IMG/VR virus record: IMGVR_UViG_3300033997_000406
Location: 20,432-84,431 of that record
DNA: 64,000 nt
Source of the DNA: a virus
Strand: one strand, 5' to 3'
A model generated the notes under the pieces. The model saw only the letters and a program-made list of their open reading frames with translations, had not been told where the DNA came from and did not search any database. Below, in pieces: positions 30,122 to 42,481 of the stretch (position 1 is its first letter; each line of letters starts with the position of its first letter). The position numbers and the translations under genes were made by a program.

Positions 30122-30370
30122 ATGGGCTTAGTAATCGAATTACCTAAACCTAAACACGGCGAACAACGGAACTGGCGCATGGAAAAAGCTGCCAGCAATC
30201 ACAGCGAGTTTGTGGCTGGTGATGGCTCTACGATTGAAATCGAATCGCACAGTTCAGAGCATTCTGCATCAGAACGGTTCTGTGCTACGTGCGATAAGTG
30301 GGTTACTGCGGTCGGTGTTTTGGGTGGTGTTTGGTGCCCTGCTTGCCTGACCAATTGGCATAAAAACTGA
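30122..30370 (+). CDS. small zinc-finger protein
   Basis: CATC...CPAC. Confidence 0.6.
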   Translation: MGLVIELPKPKHGEQRNWRMEKAASNHSEFVAGDGSTIEIESHSSEHSASERFCATCDKWVTAVGVLGGVWCPACLTNWHKN

Positions 30371-30386
30371 TAGAGGATTTACCGTT

Positions 30387-30833
30387 ATGGCAGAGCAATG
30401 GCTAAAAATTGAGATTGCACCTCTGGATCAGCAAATAGTTATTGCCACTAAAGACGGCAGAGTTTGCCAAGGTCACATATTCAAAGTCAATGAAGCGGGA
30501 AAGACTGACTCCGATGAAATCGGGGATTTACGAGCCATGTTGGCTGTTGCTGATTCTTGGGGGGGTGCTCGTGCAATACCTATTGGCTGGCAACCATTGC
30601 CGAAGCATCCATTGAAGGAAAAAACTATGCAAAAGCTTACTCAGTGCAGTGCATGTGGCAGCAAAAGTCTTAAATGGCATTGCGGCCAGAAGAACCTGAG
30701 CGGCGTTCAGGACGGTCTGTTTCGTATGCACGAAGTCGGCACCGAGTTTTATCTTGGCTGTGAGGCTTGTAGTGAAACGCTTCAGGTGGTCAGTGGTGAT
30801 CAGGTGGCCGAACACCTGAATAATTCAATGTAG
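30387..30833 (+). CDS. DUF551-like domain fused to a zinc ribbon
   Basis: WLKIEIAPLD...GWQPLP, then CSAC...CEAC. Confidence 0.6.
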   Translation: MAEQWLKIEIAPLDQQIVIATKDGRVCQGHIFKVNEAGKTDSDEIGDLRAMLAVADSWGGARAIPIGWQPLPKHPLKEKTMQKLTQCSACGSKSLKWHCGQKNLSGVQDGLFRMHEVGTEFYLGCEACSETLQVVSGDQVAEHLNNSM

Positions 30834-30846
30834 GACTTAGCAGAAA

Positions 30847-31086
30847 ATGGACGAACAATTACAGCAAGACCCGCAATACCAAGGCGCTCAATGCTTCTTT
30901 GCCAAGGGACAGATGACTGATAACCCATACGCTAGCGGTACAGCTGAATTTCAGCGCTGGGAACGTGGTTACTATTCAGCCGCAGCAGAGGACTTTGACG
31001 AACATCGTTGTGGAGCTGACGCCAGCTGGGTTGACGCTGAAAAGTTCTGCAATGTTTGCGGCAAGAAAGTAGACGAATTGGAATGA
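30847..31086 (+). CDS. Rmf/CrpP-like small protein with C-terminal Cys motif
   Basis: YQGAQ...G...NPY...WERGY. Confidence 0.5.
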   Translation: MDEQLQQDPQYQGAQCFFAKGQMTDNPYASGTAEFQRWERGYYSAAAEDFDEHRCGADASWVDAEKFCNVCGKKVDELE

Positions 31087-31096
31087 AGGAAAAAGC

Positions 31097-31261
31097 ATGA
31101 TTAAAGGATATTTAAAATACACTGCGCTTTTCATCGCTCTAATTGTTCTTATTGGGCTGCTGTGCGGGGCGGTAACGACTCCAGAGCGAAACTGCGAAAA
31201 GACGCAATCACACCACGGAATTCCAGCTGCGTGCAATGTTTACTCAGCTCCAATTGGTTAA
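31097..31261 (+). CDS. small membrane or secreted protein (54 aa)
   Basis: Read by hand; AAGGA RBS; hydrophobic N-terminus. Confidence 0.55.
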   Translation: MIKGYLKYTALFIALIVLIGLLCGAVTTPERNCEKTQSHHGIPAACNVYSAPIG

Positions 31262-31275
31262 AAGGGAAATAACAG

Positions 31276-31527
31276 ATGGCGACTCCGGCTTACATAAAGG
31301 CCCGCGTAGAAGATGGCCTGATCAAGTGTGTCAGGCTAAACAAGTTCCCCGATGGTTATAGCTGTGCATTTGAATTCAACGAAAAAGGCAAAAAAGCACT
31401 GTACCCGTCTACCGGAAAACAGCCTTTGCGCATCTGGAAAACATACAAAGAGGTGCTTGATTACGTTAAAGAACAAATTGGCTGGACAGGCCATATTTAC
31501 AACGAGCATTTAGAAAAAATTCAGTGA
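31276..31527 (+). CDS. hypothetical protein
   Basis: ORF with RBS. Confidence 0.6.
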   Translation: MATPAYIKARVEDGLIKCVRLNKFPDGYSCAFEFNEKGKKALYPSTGKQPLRIWKTYKEVLDYVKEQIGWTGHIYNEHLEKIQ

Positions 31528-31540
31528 AGGGAAAAAACAG

Positions 31541-31873
31541 ATGACACCGGAAGATCGCTTTCAGAAAGCAATTTCACTTTTCATTGAGCAAAATGAACGA
31601 GTCGCAAATGAGATTAATCAATTATCCCCTCAGGTTGCAGAGCAGCTGGGTATCTCATTCGATGAATACAAAAAGGCACATGCAGGCAGGCTATTTGGAG
31701 AGTACGCGGCGTCAGTAGGCTTAGATGTTTTTATGCTGGCTTTTGAGTTGACAGCGACTTCTCAAACGGAATTGCACGAACTCAAATCCAAGCATTATCG
31801 GTCTTTAGCTGAAATGCTCGGTATGAGCTGGGAAGAGTATATTGTTCACAATCCGCATTTAGCTGGTTATTGA
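31541..31873 (+). CDS. hypothetical protein
   Basis: Motif A..LG.S..EY appears twice. Confidence 0.62.
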   Translation: MTPEDRFQKAISLFIEQNERVANEINQLSPQVAEQLGISFDEYKKAHAGRLFGEYAASVGLDVFMLAFELTATSQTELHELKSKHYRSLAEMLGMSWEEYIVHNPHLAGY

Positions 31874-31891
31874 TAACAACAGGAAAGCTAA

Positions 31892-32293
31892 GTGGCAACC
31901 AGGCACATACCAGTTTGCAAAGGGGAAGTATTTGAGCGACTAACTGTAATAAGTCTATCTCGCGGGGCTGAAAACGGCACTCACGTCATGTACCAATGTT
32001 TATGTGAATGCGGGGTAAAAGTTGAAGTAGCGGCAAGTCATCTTAGGCGAAAAATCAGGACATCTTGCGGCTGCCTCAGGGATGAACGAGCCAAAGAGCT
32101 TGGGCTGAAAAGCCGGAAAAAATTAGTAGGCGGTGAGCGGTTCGGTTCGTATGTCGTCCTAGTTGATTTAGGCACTAATGAACACCGAAAGGCCATTTAC
32201 AAAGTTAGGTGCGCTTGCGGCCATGAAACAACAATGACGGGAGCCAGGCTGCGAAGCGGCTTGAAGCTCCATTGTTACCATTTAAACAAATAG
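31892..32293 (+). CDS. two Cys-rich modules of the kind found in HNH/AP2 homing endonucleases, no nuclease domain
   Basis: GEVFERLTVI...CLCECG...SCGC and GERFGSYVVL...CACG. Confidence 0.6.
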   Translation: MATRHIPVCKGEVFERLTVISLSRGAENGTHVMYQCLCECGVKVEVAASHLRRKIRTSCGCLRDERAKELGLKSRKKLVGGERFGSYVVLVDLGTNEHRKAIYKVRCACGHETTMTGARLRSGLKLHCYHLNK

Positions 32294-32302
32294 GACAAAA
32301 CG

Positions 32303-32629
32303 ATGAAAATATTACTCAGAATAGTTGAAGGCGCTACTGTGGTTTTGGTATCGGATGATAACTTGGCTTCAGTTGAAATGCTGCCAACTCGGTACGATTT
32401 ATTTCAGTACAGGGGCGGTGTAGCTTGGGGGTATAAGGGTTCTGGTGTTCAAAATCTTGGTTATGCGATAGCCGCCAGGCTGACTGAGGAAATGCCTGAA
32501 AAAATGCCAGACCAAGGGATTCATGCTGCAGCGATGTCGCTGGTCAAGAATCTGCTGTCGAATCTGGATGGTCATAAGGAACACACTATCGATCAGGCCA
32601 CTCTACTTAATGCTATGGCATCAGATTAG
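32303..32629 (+). CDS. DUF6166-like protein
   Basis: AWGYKGSG..NLGYAI. Confidence 0.55.
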   Translation: MKILLRIVEGATVVLVSDDNLASVEMLPTRYDLFQYRGGVAWGYKGSGVQNLGYAIAARLTEEMPEKMPDQGIHAAAMSLVKNLLSNLDGHKEHTIDQATLLNAMASD

Positions 32630-32641
32630 GTATCAGAATTC

Positions 32642-32887
32642 GTGGATAACCAGCTGCAACACCAACGAAAGCATTGTCTATTTTGCGGTAACACGCATTC
32701 AGGCGAGTGCAGCCCTGACTCATTTGCTTATTTTCAATGCTCTGATTGCAAAGGTGGCCAAATGATGCCGTTTGATGCTTGCTTTGGCTTTGATGGCATT
32801 CACTGTTGCAGCAATGAAAAGTCAGCAGCGGATACGTGGGTATCCATTACCCACGAACAATATAAACAACTCCAAGTCCAGCTATAG
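32642..32887 (+). CDS. small Cys-rich protein
   Basis: CLFC, CSDC. Confidence 0.5.
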   Translation: MDNQLQHQRKHCLFCGNTHSGECSPDSFAYFQCSDCKGGQMMPFDACFGFDGIHCCSNEKSAADTWVSITHEQYKQLQVQL

Positions 32888-32889
32888 GG

Positions 32890-33513
32890 ATGCTCATGGG
32901 ATCAACCGAATCACTGATAGAAACCGCACGGAAATGGCGCGAATGTAATCAGGAATACCAGGGCGGTGTAGTGCTCATATGGCAAGGCGAAGCCTACGGC
33001 TGGAAAAACTGCTTGCGAGATCCTGCACACGAACAGCCCGGCGCATTTGCGGTTGACCTTGATGGCCATATTTTTATCGCAGAGGGCGGGACTGGATACG
33101 ATGGCGCTAAATGCTGGGTAGCGTTTTCACCTAAAAGCAGTGAATTTTTAACCAAGGAAAATAATATGGACCCAATTGATAAATACGAAGCGAGAGAGAG
33201 GGAAAAAGGAGCGGCGATTCTTCAATCAAGTTCGCGTGGTAAGTCTGCTTTTGCTTTAGCAAGCATGGCCCTTGAGCATTGTGGCTCAGGTGCTGAAACT
33301 GCAGCCAGACTGTTACTGTCAATGGAGTATGGCCATCCGTTCAACGTGCAGAACCTATACCGCTTTGACACTGAAAACCGTGCACATGCAGAGGTTGCCA
33401 TAGCAGGTTGTGTCGCACACGAATTGTGGCCTTCAGGGTGGATGGATGCCGAAGGCTTTGATGGTGCCGGTATAATGCAGCAGCTGCGTGATAAATGGAA
33501 AAATGAAGAATAG
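32890..33513 (+). CDS. two-domain protein; N-terminal half resembles proteins annotated ArdR
   Basis: GGVVLIWQGEAYGW...LRDP...PGAFAVD...GG...GA..W; internal RBS before MDPIDK. Confidence 0.5.
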   Translation: MLMGSTESLIETARKWRECNQEYQGGVVLIWQGEAYGWKNCLRDPAHEQPGAFAVDLDGHIFIAEGGTGYDGAKCWVAFSPKSSEFLTKENNMDPIDKYEAREREKGAAILQSSSRGKSAFALASMALEHCGSGAETAARLLLSMEYGHPFNVQNLYRFDTENRAHAEVAIAGCVAHELWPSGWMDAEGFDGAGIMQQLRDKWKNEE

Positions 33514-33781
33514 GGTAAGAGTAGTGGATATTGAAAAGCGAGATTATCAGCTTGCGATACTGATAGCTGCAATAGAGAAAGTTGGTGCAATTAATCCAGA
33601 GCAACTACCATCTACGCGGGCTGAAACGCACGCTTTTTATTCCAACACTATTGCTGCTTTGCATGGAGCAAAGCTGATCAGTGAGGAAGAGTGGAGGCTT
33701 TTAGCTTCACCACCATACCCAGTCGATGATCAGAGACTGATTAGAGCAATTAATCAGTTTAAAGCTGAAGCACAGGCTTGA
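33503..33781 (+). CDS. hypothetical protein
   Basis: Overlapping ORF. Confidence 0.55.
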   Translation: MKNRVRVVDIEKRDYQLAILIAAIEKVGAINPEQLPSTRAETHAFYSNTIAALHGAKLISEEEWRLLASPPYPVDDQRLIRAINQFKAEAQA

Positions 33782-33796
33782 TGCAGGGTAATTACT

Positions 33797-34000
33797 TTGT
33801 ACGCAAATGCAGATACAGATAAGAGATCAGTGGTCGCAGTAGAGAGCAAGAGCCGTAAACTTTGTTCGTGTGGGTGCTCTGCAAGGGCAACTCATAAAGG
33901 TTTTGCTGGCGATATGTGCATGATGATCGGTTGTGAATTAACTGTAAGGCGCTGGGTTAAGCAGGGCTCAAAAGCCTTACAGAGCTTCAAAAATAAATAG
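33797..34000 (+). CDS. small Cys-rich protein
   Basis: CSCGC..RATH.G. Confidence 0.55.
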   Translation: MYANADTDKRSVVAVESKSRKLCSCGCSARATHKGFAGDMCMMIGCELTVRRWVKQGSKALQSFKNK

Positions 34001-34010
34001 GGATGGCTCT

Positions 34011-34253
34011 ATGACAGTTACGGTAATTCAGTTAGACAGCAGCAATTTGGTGCCACCTCCACCAGGCCATTGCCCTGAGTGCGCGATTAAACACGATGCT
34101 GACCAACCTCACAACAGAGACAGTATTTTTTACCAAATGAAATTTAAGATGGACAAGGGCAGGGATCCGACCTGGCATGATGCGGTTGAGCATTGTTCAG
34201 AAGAAGTGAAATCACATTGGATTGCAACGCTCAAATCCATGAATGTGATTTAG
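34011..34253 (+). CDS. small Cys/His protein
   Basis: CPECA..H...PHN...PTWHDA..HC. Confidence 0.62.
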   Translation: MTVTVIQLDSSNLVPPPPGHCPECAIKHDADQPHNRDSIFYQMKFKMDKGRDPTWHDAVEHCSEEVKSHWIATLKSMNVI

Positions 34254-34261
34254 GGGGATCC

Positions 34262-34405
34262 ATGGATGCAGGGGATGATCAAATCCATTGTGAGCCTTGC
34301 GATTTAGACTGGGATAAAGACGACTGCCCGATCGGCACATACGGCCATCTGTGTCCTGTCTGCCGTCAATACATGAAGAATAGCAGTAGAGGCACCGATG
34401 AATGA
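34262..34405 (+). CDS. small zinc-finger protein
   Basis: GGGGG RBS; CEPC...CPVC. Confidence 0.5.
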   Translation: MDAGDDQIHCEPCDLDWDKDDCPIGTYGHLCPVCRQYMKNSSRGTDE

Positions 34406-34634
34406 TTTTATAGCCCGCCTTCAAAAGAACTGGGGCGCTACCAAGGAATTAGAAAGCCGCCTGATAAAAGAGCACGGCAATACTATATTTAAAGCCGATA
34501 GCACGGACGACCAGTTTGCACATATGACGTGCGGCAATTATGTGGTCAGTATTGAGCTTTCAAGCTTGGCGGACTGCGAGGGGCAGGCTATTAGTAAAAT
34601 GCGTCTGGATATAATGAAAATAACCGAAAAATAA
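34398..34634 (+). CDS. hypothetical protein
   Basis: GAGG RBS; last gene before a convergent hairpin. Confidence 0.6.
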   Translation: MNDFIARLQKNWGATKELESRLIKEHGNTIFKADSTDDQFAHMTCGNYVVSIELSSLADCEGQAISKMRLDIMKITEK

Positions 34635-34687
34635 AGGCGGAACATTCCGCCTTAAATTTATGATTTTAGTGCGATTTACATTGTAAA

Positions 34688-35562
34688 TCAGCTGGCCATT
34701 TGTTCCCTGATGTACTGCCCGTTAGCCACGTTTATCTGTAACCAATGATCCATCACCGGCACAAGCTCAGGCACGGTATAGCCCTGCTGATCCAGCACCA
34801 GCATTGACTGCTTTAGCTTCAACGCATCCATATCCTGATAATCGGCAGCAATAAGCTGGGCCCGTTCAGTGGTTTCAGCCTCTAAGATAGGCAAATCACC
34901 GCTGGAGTACTTCACTGGCTCATTTTTCTGGCCACCGTATACCCATGCTTTAAACGTATCCATATCATACGCACGTATAGCACCAAGCCCACGCCAACCT
35001 TTATCATAATTAGCCAGGTAAGCTTTTTTAGCGCCAGATATACTGTCAAAGCCGAGCATTACCTTGTGTTCGTCAAACTGCAGCGTGTCCGGGTTAATCT
35101 GATCAATAACAAAAACAGTCTCTGGCTCCAGTACTTCACCTAAAAAGACATCTATCGGATCATCATCAGCCCCTTTAGTGCCTCTAATGTCACCGTAATG
35201 ATTAAGCATAGTCGTTGACCATGTTGAGCCATCTTCGGCGGTACCAGAGCGCACAGAGCCTTTGGGGTTTTCTATCGTAATGTCGATACCCGCAAACGTC
35301 ACCCGGCCTTTTTTGTAATTGCCTGCTATTTTCTGAGCCTCAGTGGGCTCCGGTAAGTCATTATCGCCTGTAGCGGCCTCATTGGCTGCTGCATCTATTG
35401 CGGCGGCCTCTGGTGATACTTCCTGACCTTTTAGCTGCTTGATAATGGCAGACCATTGCCGCTGTAGTGCAAGGCGCTGGCGAACATCGCCAGCCCCCTG
35501 AATATCTTTCTTTAAAGCTGAGGCCTGGCGCTGCAGGGCAAGCTTGCTTTTGGCATCAAGCA

Positions 35563-35563
<1 letters not shown>
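34688..35563 (-). CDS. inorganic-pyrophosphatase-like (polyvalent-protein InPase) domain protein in the dar operon
   Basis: GNYKKG, IENPKGS.RSG, HYG.I, DGxDVF-like DDDPIDVF, FDEHKVMLGF. Confidence 0.8.
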
Positions 35564-38397
<2,834 letters not shown>

Positions 38398-38400
38398 TTC

Positions 38401-39012
38401 TTATGCTCCCAATAGCTTAAGCTCATCTTTCAGCTGCCGCGTCCGGGCTGCTGACAGGCTGTATTCTGTTTTTCGCTGTTTCAGCTGGTTTTCAGCGTCA
38501 GCGGCGGCCTGTTTTTGGCGCTCAATTTCGGCGAGCGCCAGCTGCTCTTGAGCAATCGATTCAGCCAGGCCCGTTTTGGCCTCAGCAATTTTTTTCGACA
38601 GTGGGACAGAGGCAGGGCGTAGTGCGGTTTCCACCCGGACCGACTTCAGCTTCTTGAATAGGGATTTATCAAAGGCGGGCTGACCACGCTTTAAATAATC
38701 CGCTATTTCTTCAGCGACCTTTTGCAGCGTGTCAGGGGATTTTAGCGGCACAGCTTTGCCGTTGATTTCTAAGATAACGATGTCACCGGCTGCACCGATA
38801 CGGATCATTGCCCGTTGGCCATTGTTAAAGTAAAAATCAGCTTTCTTTGATGAGGTCAGGCCTTTGACGATGGCGCGGTTTGACGCGGTGACAGACGCTA
38901 CTGGAGCGCCAGCTTTAGCCAGCATGGCCATAAACTTCTGCAGGCCAGCCTCACTGAAGTTATCGACATCGAAAGTGGCATAGTTTTTATTATTCTGAGA
39001 ATTCAAGCTCAT
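38401..39012 (-). CDS. hdf: Hdf-like protein
   Basis: 203 aa between lydB and darA; GDIVILEINGKAVP. Confidence 0.72.
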   Translation of the reverse strand: MSLNSQNNKNYATFDVDNFSEAGLQKFMAMLAKAGAPVASVTASNRAIVKGLTSSKKADFYFNNGQRAMIRIGAAGDIVILEINGKAVPLKSPDTLQKVAEEIADYLKRGQPAFDKSLFKKLKSVRVETALRPASVPLSKKIAEAKTGLAESIAQEQLALAEIERQKQAAADAENQLKQRKTEYSLSAARTRQLKDELKLLGA

Positions 39013-39014
39013 AA

Positions 39015-39443
39015 CTATTCCTTGTTTACATGCACAGTCCGCTGCTGGTGGGACGTGATAGGGCAGATTTTGTAAAACGGATTAATCCGGCAACCAATGC
39101 TTTCTATCTTCACGTCGACAATCCAGTCACCTGGCGTTAGCAGTTCAGACTTAACAAGTAAGAACTCGCTGTTTAAGCCGCGGCGCGAAAACTCAAGCGT
39201 CCGAGTTTTGCCGGTGATCACAGTCGTCGGGTGATTTGCATCGCGCAGCGTGTAGCTCACCTGGCTAAACATCAGAGGGGGGTAAGCATTAAAGCTAATA
39301 CCTACCCTGTAAAATCCATCTTTAAAGCCGCCACCGGATACAGATAGCAGCTGACAACGGCCGCGCCGCATAATGAAACGGTCCATTAATGCCAGCAATA
39401 TCGCAATAGCTGACCAGATCACGTACACAGATACATCACTCAT
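39015..39443 (-). CDS. lydB: LydB-like antiholin
   Basis: N-terminal TM helix, INPFYKI.P; P1 synteny. Confidence 0.65.
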   Translation of the reverse strand: MSDVSVYVIWSAIAILLALMDRFIMRRGRCQLLSVSGGGFKDGFYRVGISFNAYPPLMFSQVSYTLRDANHPTTVITGKTRTLEFSRRGLNSEFLLVKSELLTPGDWIVDVKIESIGCRINPFYKICPITSHQQRTVHVNKE

Positions 39444-39792
39444 TGTCTTTACCTACACTGTTAATTTTTAATCTTGAGGCAACCACTTTTGATACCAGGC
39501 CTTTTAGCCAGATCAGTGAGTCGCCCCCGTTATTGCTGAACACCAATATCAACACACACGTCAATGCTGGCGGCCATCCTTGCCAGACACCGCAGTACAT
39601 CACGACAAAGCCTACAACCAAGGCAAGCACGATTTCCGTAATAGCATTGGTCCAGCTCCGCGCAAATCGCGATTCCCTGCAGCCGTGCAGGTACGAGCCA
39701 AGACCGCCTAACAAGGACAGCAAACTCGCGTTTAAAATGAGTTCTATTGTTAAAGTCACTTCGCACCTGTTTGTTTTAGTCCTAGCTGGCAA
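39436..39792 (-). CDS. lydA: LydA-like holin (start uncertain)
   Basis: Three TM helices, LGGLGSYL, SNNG; P1 synteny. Confidence 0.72.
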   Translation of the reverse strand: MPARTKTNRCEVTLTIELILNASLLSLLGGLGSYLHGCRESRFARSWTNAITEIVLALVVGFVVMYCGVWQGWPPALTCVLILVFSNNGGDSLIWLKGLVSKVVASRLKINSVGKDNE

Positions 39793-39835
39793 TGGTAATT
39801 ACAGCGCTAAATAAACACTACAAACTGTTAGTATA

Positions 39836-39863
39836 AAAAAGGCCGCACTATGGCGGCCCTTTT
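39836..39863 (-). terminator. terminator after the tail-fibre operon
   Basis: AAAAA-GGCCGC-actatg-GCGGCC-CTTTT. Confidence 0.7.
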
Positions 39864-39879
39864 AAACTTCTTCCTGCTT

Positions 39880-40239
39880 TTACCGCCTGTCTATCGCATC
39901 CCACTCAATACAGTTGGCGCAGTGATTTTCTTCGCGTGTGGTTATATAAAATAAAGTGTTAATGACCTTTTCAGCGAATTTGTATCCGGTACTGCCTTGC
40001 ATGGCCAGATAGCCCACTCGGCCACTTATGGTTTGGTCTGGATTACCAACAAACAAGGCATTTACATGCTGATCTGAGGATACCCACAAATCAAGGCAGT
40101 AAGCGCGAGCTGGTCGGAAAAACTGACTAACAACCGTTACAACAATTCGCCACCAGCCAAGCGGTGACATCAAGGTTTCAGCAAGCCAAATCAGTGCAAC
40201 CGCGACAAGAGCCAGAGCGGCATAAATTCGACTCATCAT
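39880..40239 (-). CDS. conserved phage membrane-associated protein
   Basis: DQHVNAL..GNPDQTISGRVG...HC. Confidence 0.65.
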   Translation of the reverse strand: MMSRIYAALALVAVALIWLAETLMSPLGWWRIVVTVVSQFFRPARAYCLDLWVSSDQHVNALFVGNPDQTISGRVGYLAMQGSTGYKFAEKVINTLFYITTREENHCANCIEWDAIDRR

Positions 40240-40794
40240 TTACGCCACCGCTGTATCTATATACACATCAAACTCAATCGTTTCAAAACTCAGGCGATAT
40301 GGGGCGTTAATGCGCTCTAAACCACGATTCAAACGACTGGCTTCTAAAACATAGTTGCCTGTCCCTTCGATTCTGCCTTTAATGCTGATATTGCCGTCAG
40401 TTATAGTTGCAATAAGTCGCACGTCATCTACGCGCTGCATCCCATCCACAACGCGCTCCATCATCACCATGACTTCACCGTCTGGTAATGGGATATTTCC
40501 TTTTATCTCAAAGTTTGCTTTGTTTGAAACCCACCAGATGTCGCCCACTTTCCGGGCTGGCACAACATCGACATTACCCACATTAAAAACAGGATACCCG
40601 GAAGGCTGTTCACCGCCATCGCCATCTGAGGGGAGCACATCTACAAACTTCTCACCATCCCATTTTTTGCCAATCAAGCTGACATCGTATGAATCTATTG
40701 AAATTAATTGTGGATCATCGACAGGTTTTGAAAAGTCAGAAACCACGAAAACAACCCCTTCATCAGTGACCTGTGCATAATAATAATTAAGCAT
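40240..40794 (-). CDS. tail-fibre-associated protein
   Basis: Position; LIGKKWDGEKF. Confidence 0.55.
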   Translation of the reverse strand: MLNYYYAQVTDEGVVFVVSDFSKPVDDPQLISIDSYDVSLIGKKWDGEKFVDVLPSDGDGGEQPSGYPVFNVGNVDVVPARKVGDIWWVSNKANFEIKGNIPLPDGEVMVMMERVVDGMQRVDDVRLIATITDGNISIKGRIEGTGNYVLEASRLNRGLERINAPYRLSFETIEFDVYIDTAVA

Positions 40795-41107
40795 ATTCTA
40801 CAACCTCCCAGTTTGAAGTTGCATACTCACCACTCCGAACCCGTAATTTTGTTTCGCTAATCAAAGTGGCAGTGGCTCCATGAGGATATGTTGAGCTGCC
40901 ACCCCCTCCATACCGTGCCGTAAGCAGGGTGCCTAGATGCTTAACGACTGTTTTGGCCATGTTCACTGCTGGTATTGTTAATTGCTGATCGTTATCTGAT
41001 GTAGAAGATACCGTCACGCGATGAATGTTTTTGATAGTGCTCACTTGCTGCCCAGCAAGTGCCACGGGGTCTTTCTTTGCTGACTCAGGGACTGAAAATA
41101 TCGTCAT
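40787..41107 (-). CDS. tail-fibre-associated small protein
   Basis: Position; TIPAVNMAKT...WEVVEY. Confidence 0.55.
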   Translation of the reverse strand: MTIFSVPESAKKDPVALAGQQVSTIKNIHRVTVSSTSDNDQQLTIPAVNMAKTVVKHLGTLLTARYGGGGSSTYPHGATATLISETKLRVRSGEYATSNWEVVEYA

Positions 41108-42480
41108 TATTTAATCCTCACTGTTTTTGTAACGTCTTGAGCGGTGCTTCTATAAGGGACGCCCGCGACAGGTATGTCGAATCCACGCACTGAAGGGTTG
41201 AGCACGGTTGGCAGCGTTGGCAAAATAGCGATGGCACTACTGGCTTTTACCACTGAATTTATAGCTGCTGGCGCTGTATAGAGCTTTTCAAACTTAGTGA
41301 AATCAAATGTTTTATAAATAGTCACATTGTTTGAAGCGAAAGCTATGAGCGAGCCATCTGATGCAACGAAATAGCGACCCGGCCGGAAACTTAAACCATG
41401 GATATTGATAGAGCCACGATCCACCCAGCTGTCTCCACCCTCTGACAAGTGGATAAAATTATTACCTTCCGCTATAAACAACTGACTTCCGGCACGGCCA
41501 ATAGATGTTAGAGAGGCAGAGCGACTGCTGGTGTAGATTTTAGCCCATGATTGACCATTATCTTTACTCACATAAAGGCGACCGTTAGTTGTGACAGCAT
41601 AAAACGCATCTGTAACATCGTCATAAAAGACATCATTAAACGCGCCAGAGAAAGCTTCTGGATAACTAATGGCAGCACTAAATGTTATTCCATTATCCGT
41701 GCTGCGATAAATTGCCGGGGTGTTTGTTGTGGCTAAACCAACGGCAATAACAACATCGCCTTTATTGGCCATCGCCATAACAAGCCTACTAGCAGAGGAT
41801 GGCAGCACAATTGCAAATGAGCCTGAAGTCGCTGTTGCCGATCTGACAAGCCTACCTGATGAGTCTGACACATAAAATGCGCCATTTATGTACTCAGAGA
41901 AATAAGGGTGATTTCCTAAATTTGGGGCTATTGAAACGAAATTAGCGCCCACATCATCAGAAACAAAGGCCAGAGCTGATGAACCTGAGTAACCAACTAC
42001 CAGAATTCTATTTGCACTTGCTGTAGCTGAAACCGCAGTAAAGTTATTCAGATCAGTATCGTGCGGATTTTCAATCCAAAAGCTGTGAAGCATTTGCTGC
42101 CAATATTCGACATCAAACTCAGCTGGATCATCTTCGATTTCACCAAATGCCATAAAGGAGCCACTGCTATTTTTGATTTTTTTAGGAATTCCCACAGGGA
42201 ACTCAACAACGCTACCGACAGGCACGGACGACGAGCCTGCCGGACCTGACGAGCCAGCGCCATTATCGGCCTTTCTTGCCAAAATTAAGTCTATGTCTGG
42301 CGTGTTATCGTTAAAACCAGCAACAACAGTTGATAGCAGAGTATCTAAATTGGTTTCGTCACACCCTAAGCCTGCAGCCTGAGCGCGCAAGGCCGCCAGA
42401 CTTGCCAATGTGGTTGCAGGGGTAGCGGCGTTAATCCGAGCCTGCACCAACGCTTTATATTCATCAGTAATTATTGTCAT
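41107..42480 (-). CDS. putative receptor-binding protein with BNR/Asp-box beta-propeller
   Basis: VPVGSVV collar-like motif; SDDVGANF, STDNGITF, SKDNGQSW, SEGGDSW. Confidence 0.7.
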   Translation of the reverse strand: MTIITDEYKALVQARINAATPATTLASLAALRAQAAGLGCDETNLDTLLSTVVAGFNDNTPDIDLILARKADNGAGSSGPAGSSSVPVGSVVEFPVGIPKKIKNSSGSFMAFGEIEDDPAEFDVEYWQQMLHSFWIENPHDTDLNNFTAVSATASANRILVVGYSGSSALAFVSDDVGANFVSIAPNLGNHPYFSEYINGAFYVSDSSGRLVRSATATSGSFAIVLPSSASRLVMAMANKGDVVIAVGLATTNTPAIYRSTDNGITFSAAISYPEAFSGAFNDVFYDDVTDAFYAVTTNGRLYVSKDNGQSWAKIYTSSRSASLTSIGRAGSQLFIAEGNNFIHLSEGGDSWVDRGSINIHGLSFRPGRYFVASDGSLIAFASNNVTIYKTFDFTKFEKLYTAPAAINSVVKASSAIAILPTLPTVLNPSVRGFDIPVAGVPYRSTAQDVTKTVRIK

Positions 42481-42481
42481 T

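Noticed and set aside
31892-32293. Active homing endonuclease
   Set aside because: Only the Cys-rich accessory modules are present; no HNH catalytic motif.
26469-34634. Integron-like cassette array
   Set aside because: Spacers are mostly 10-20 bp RBS-only sequences; no attC-like repeats or integrase seen.
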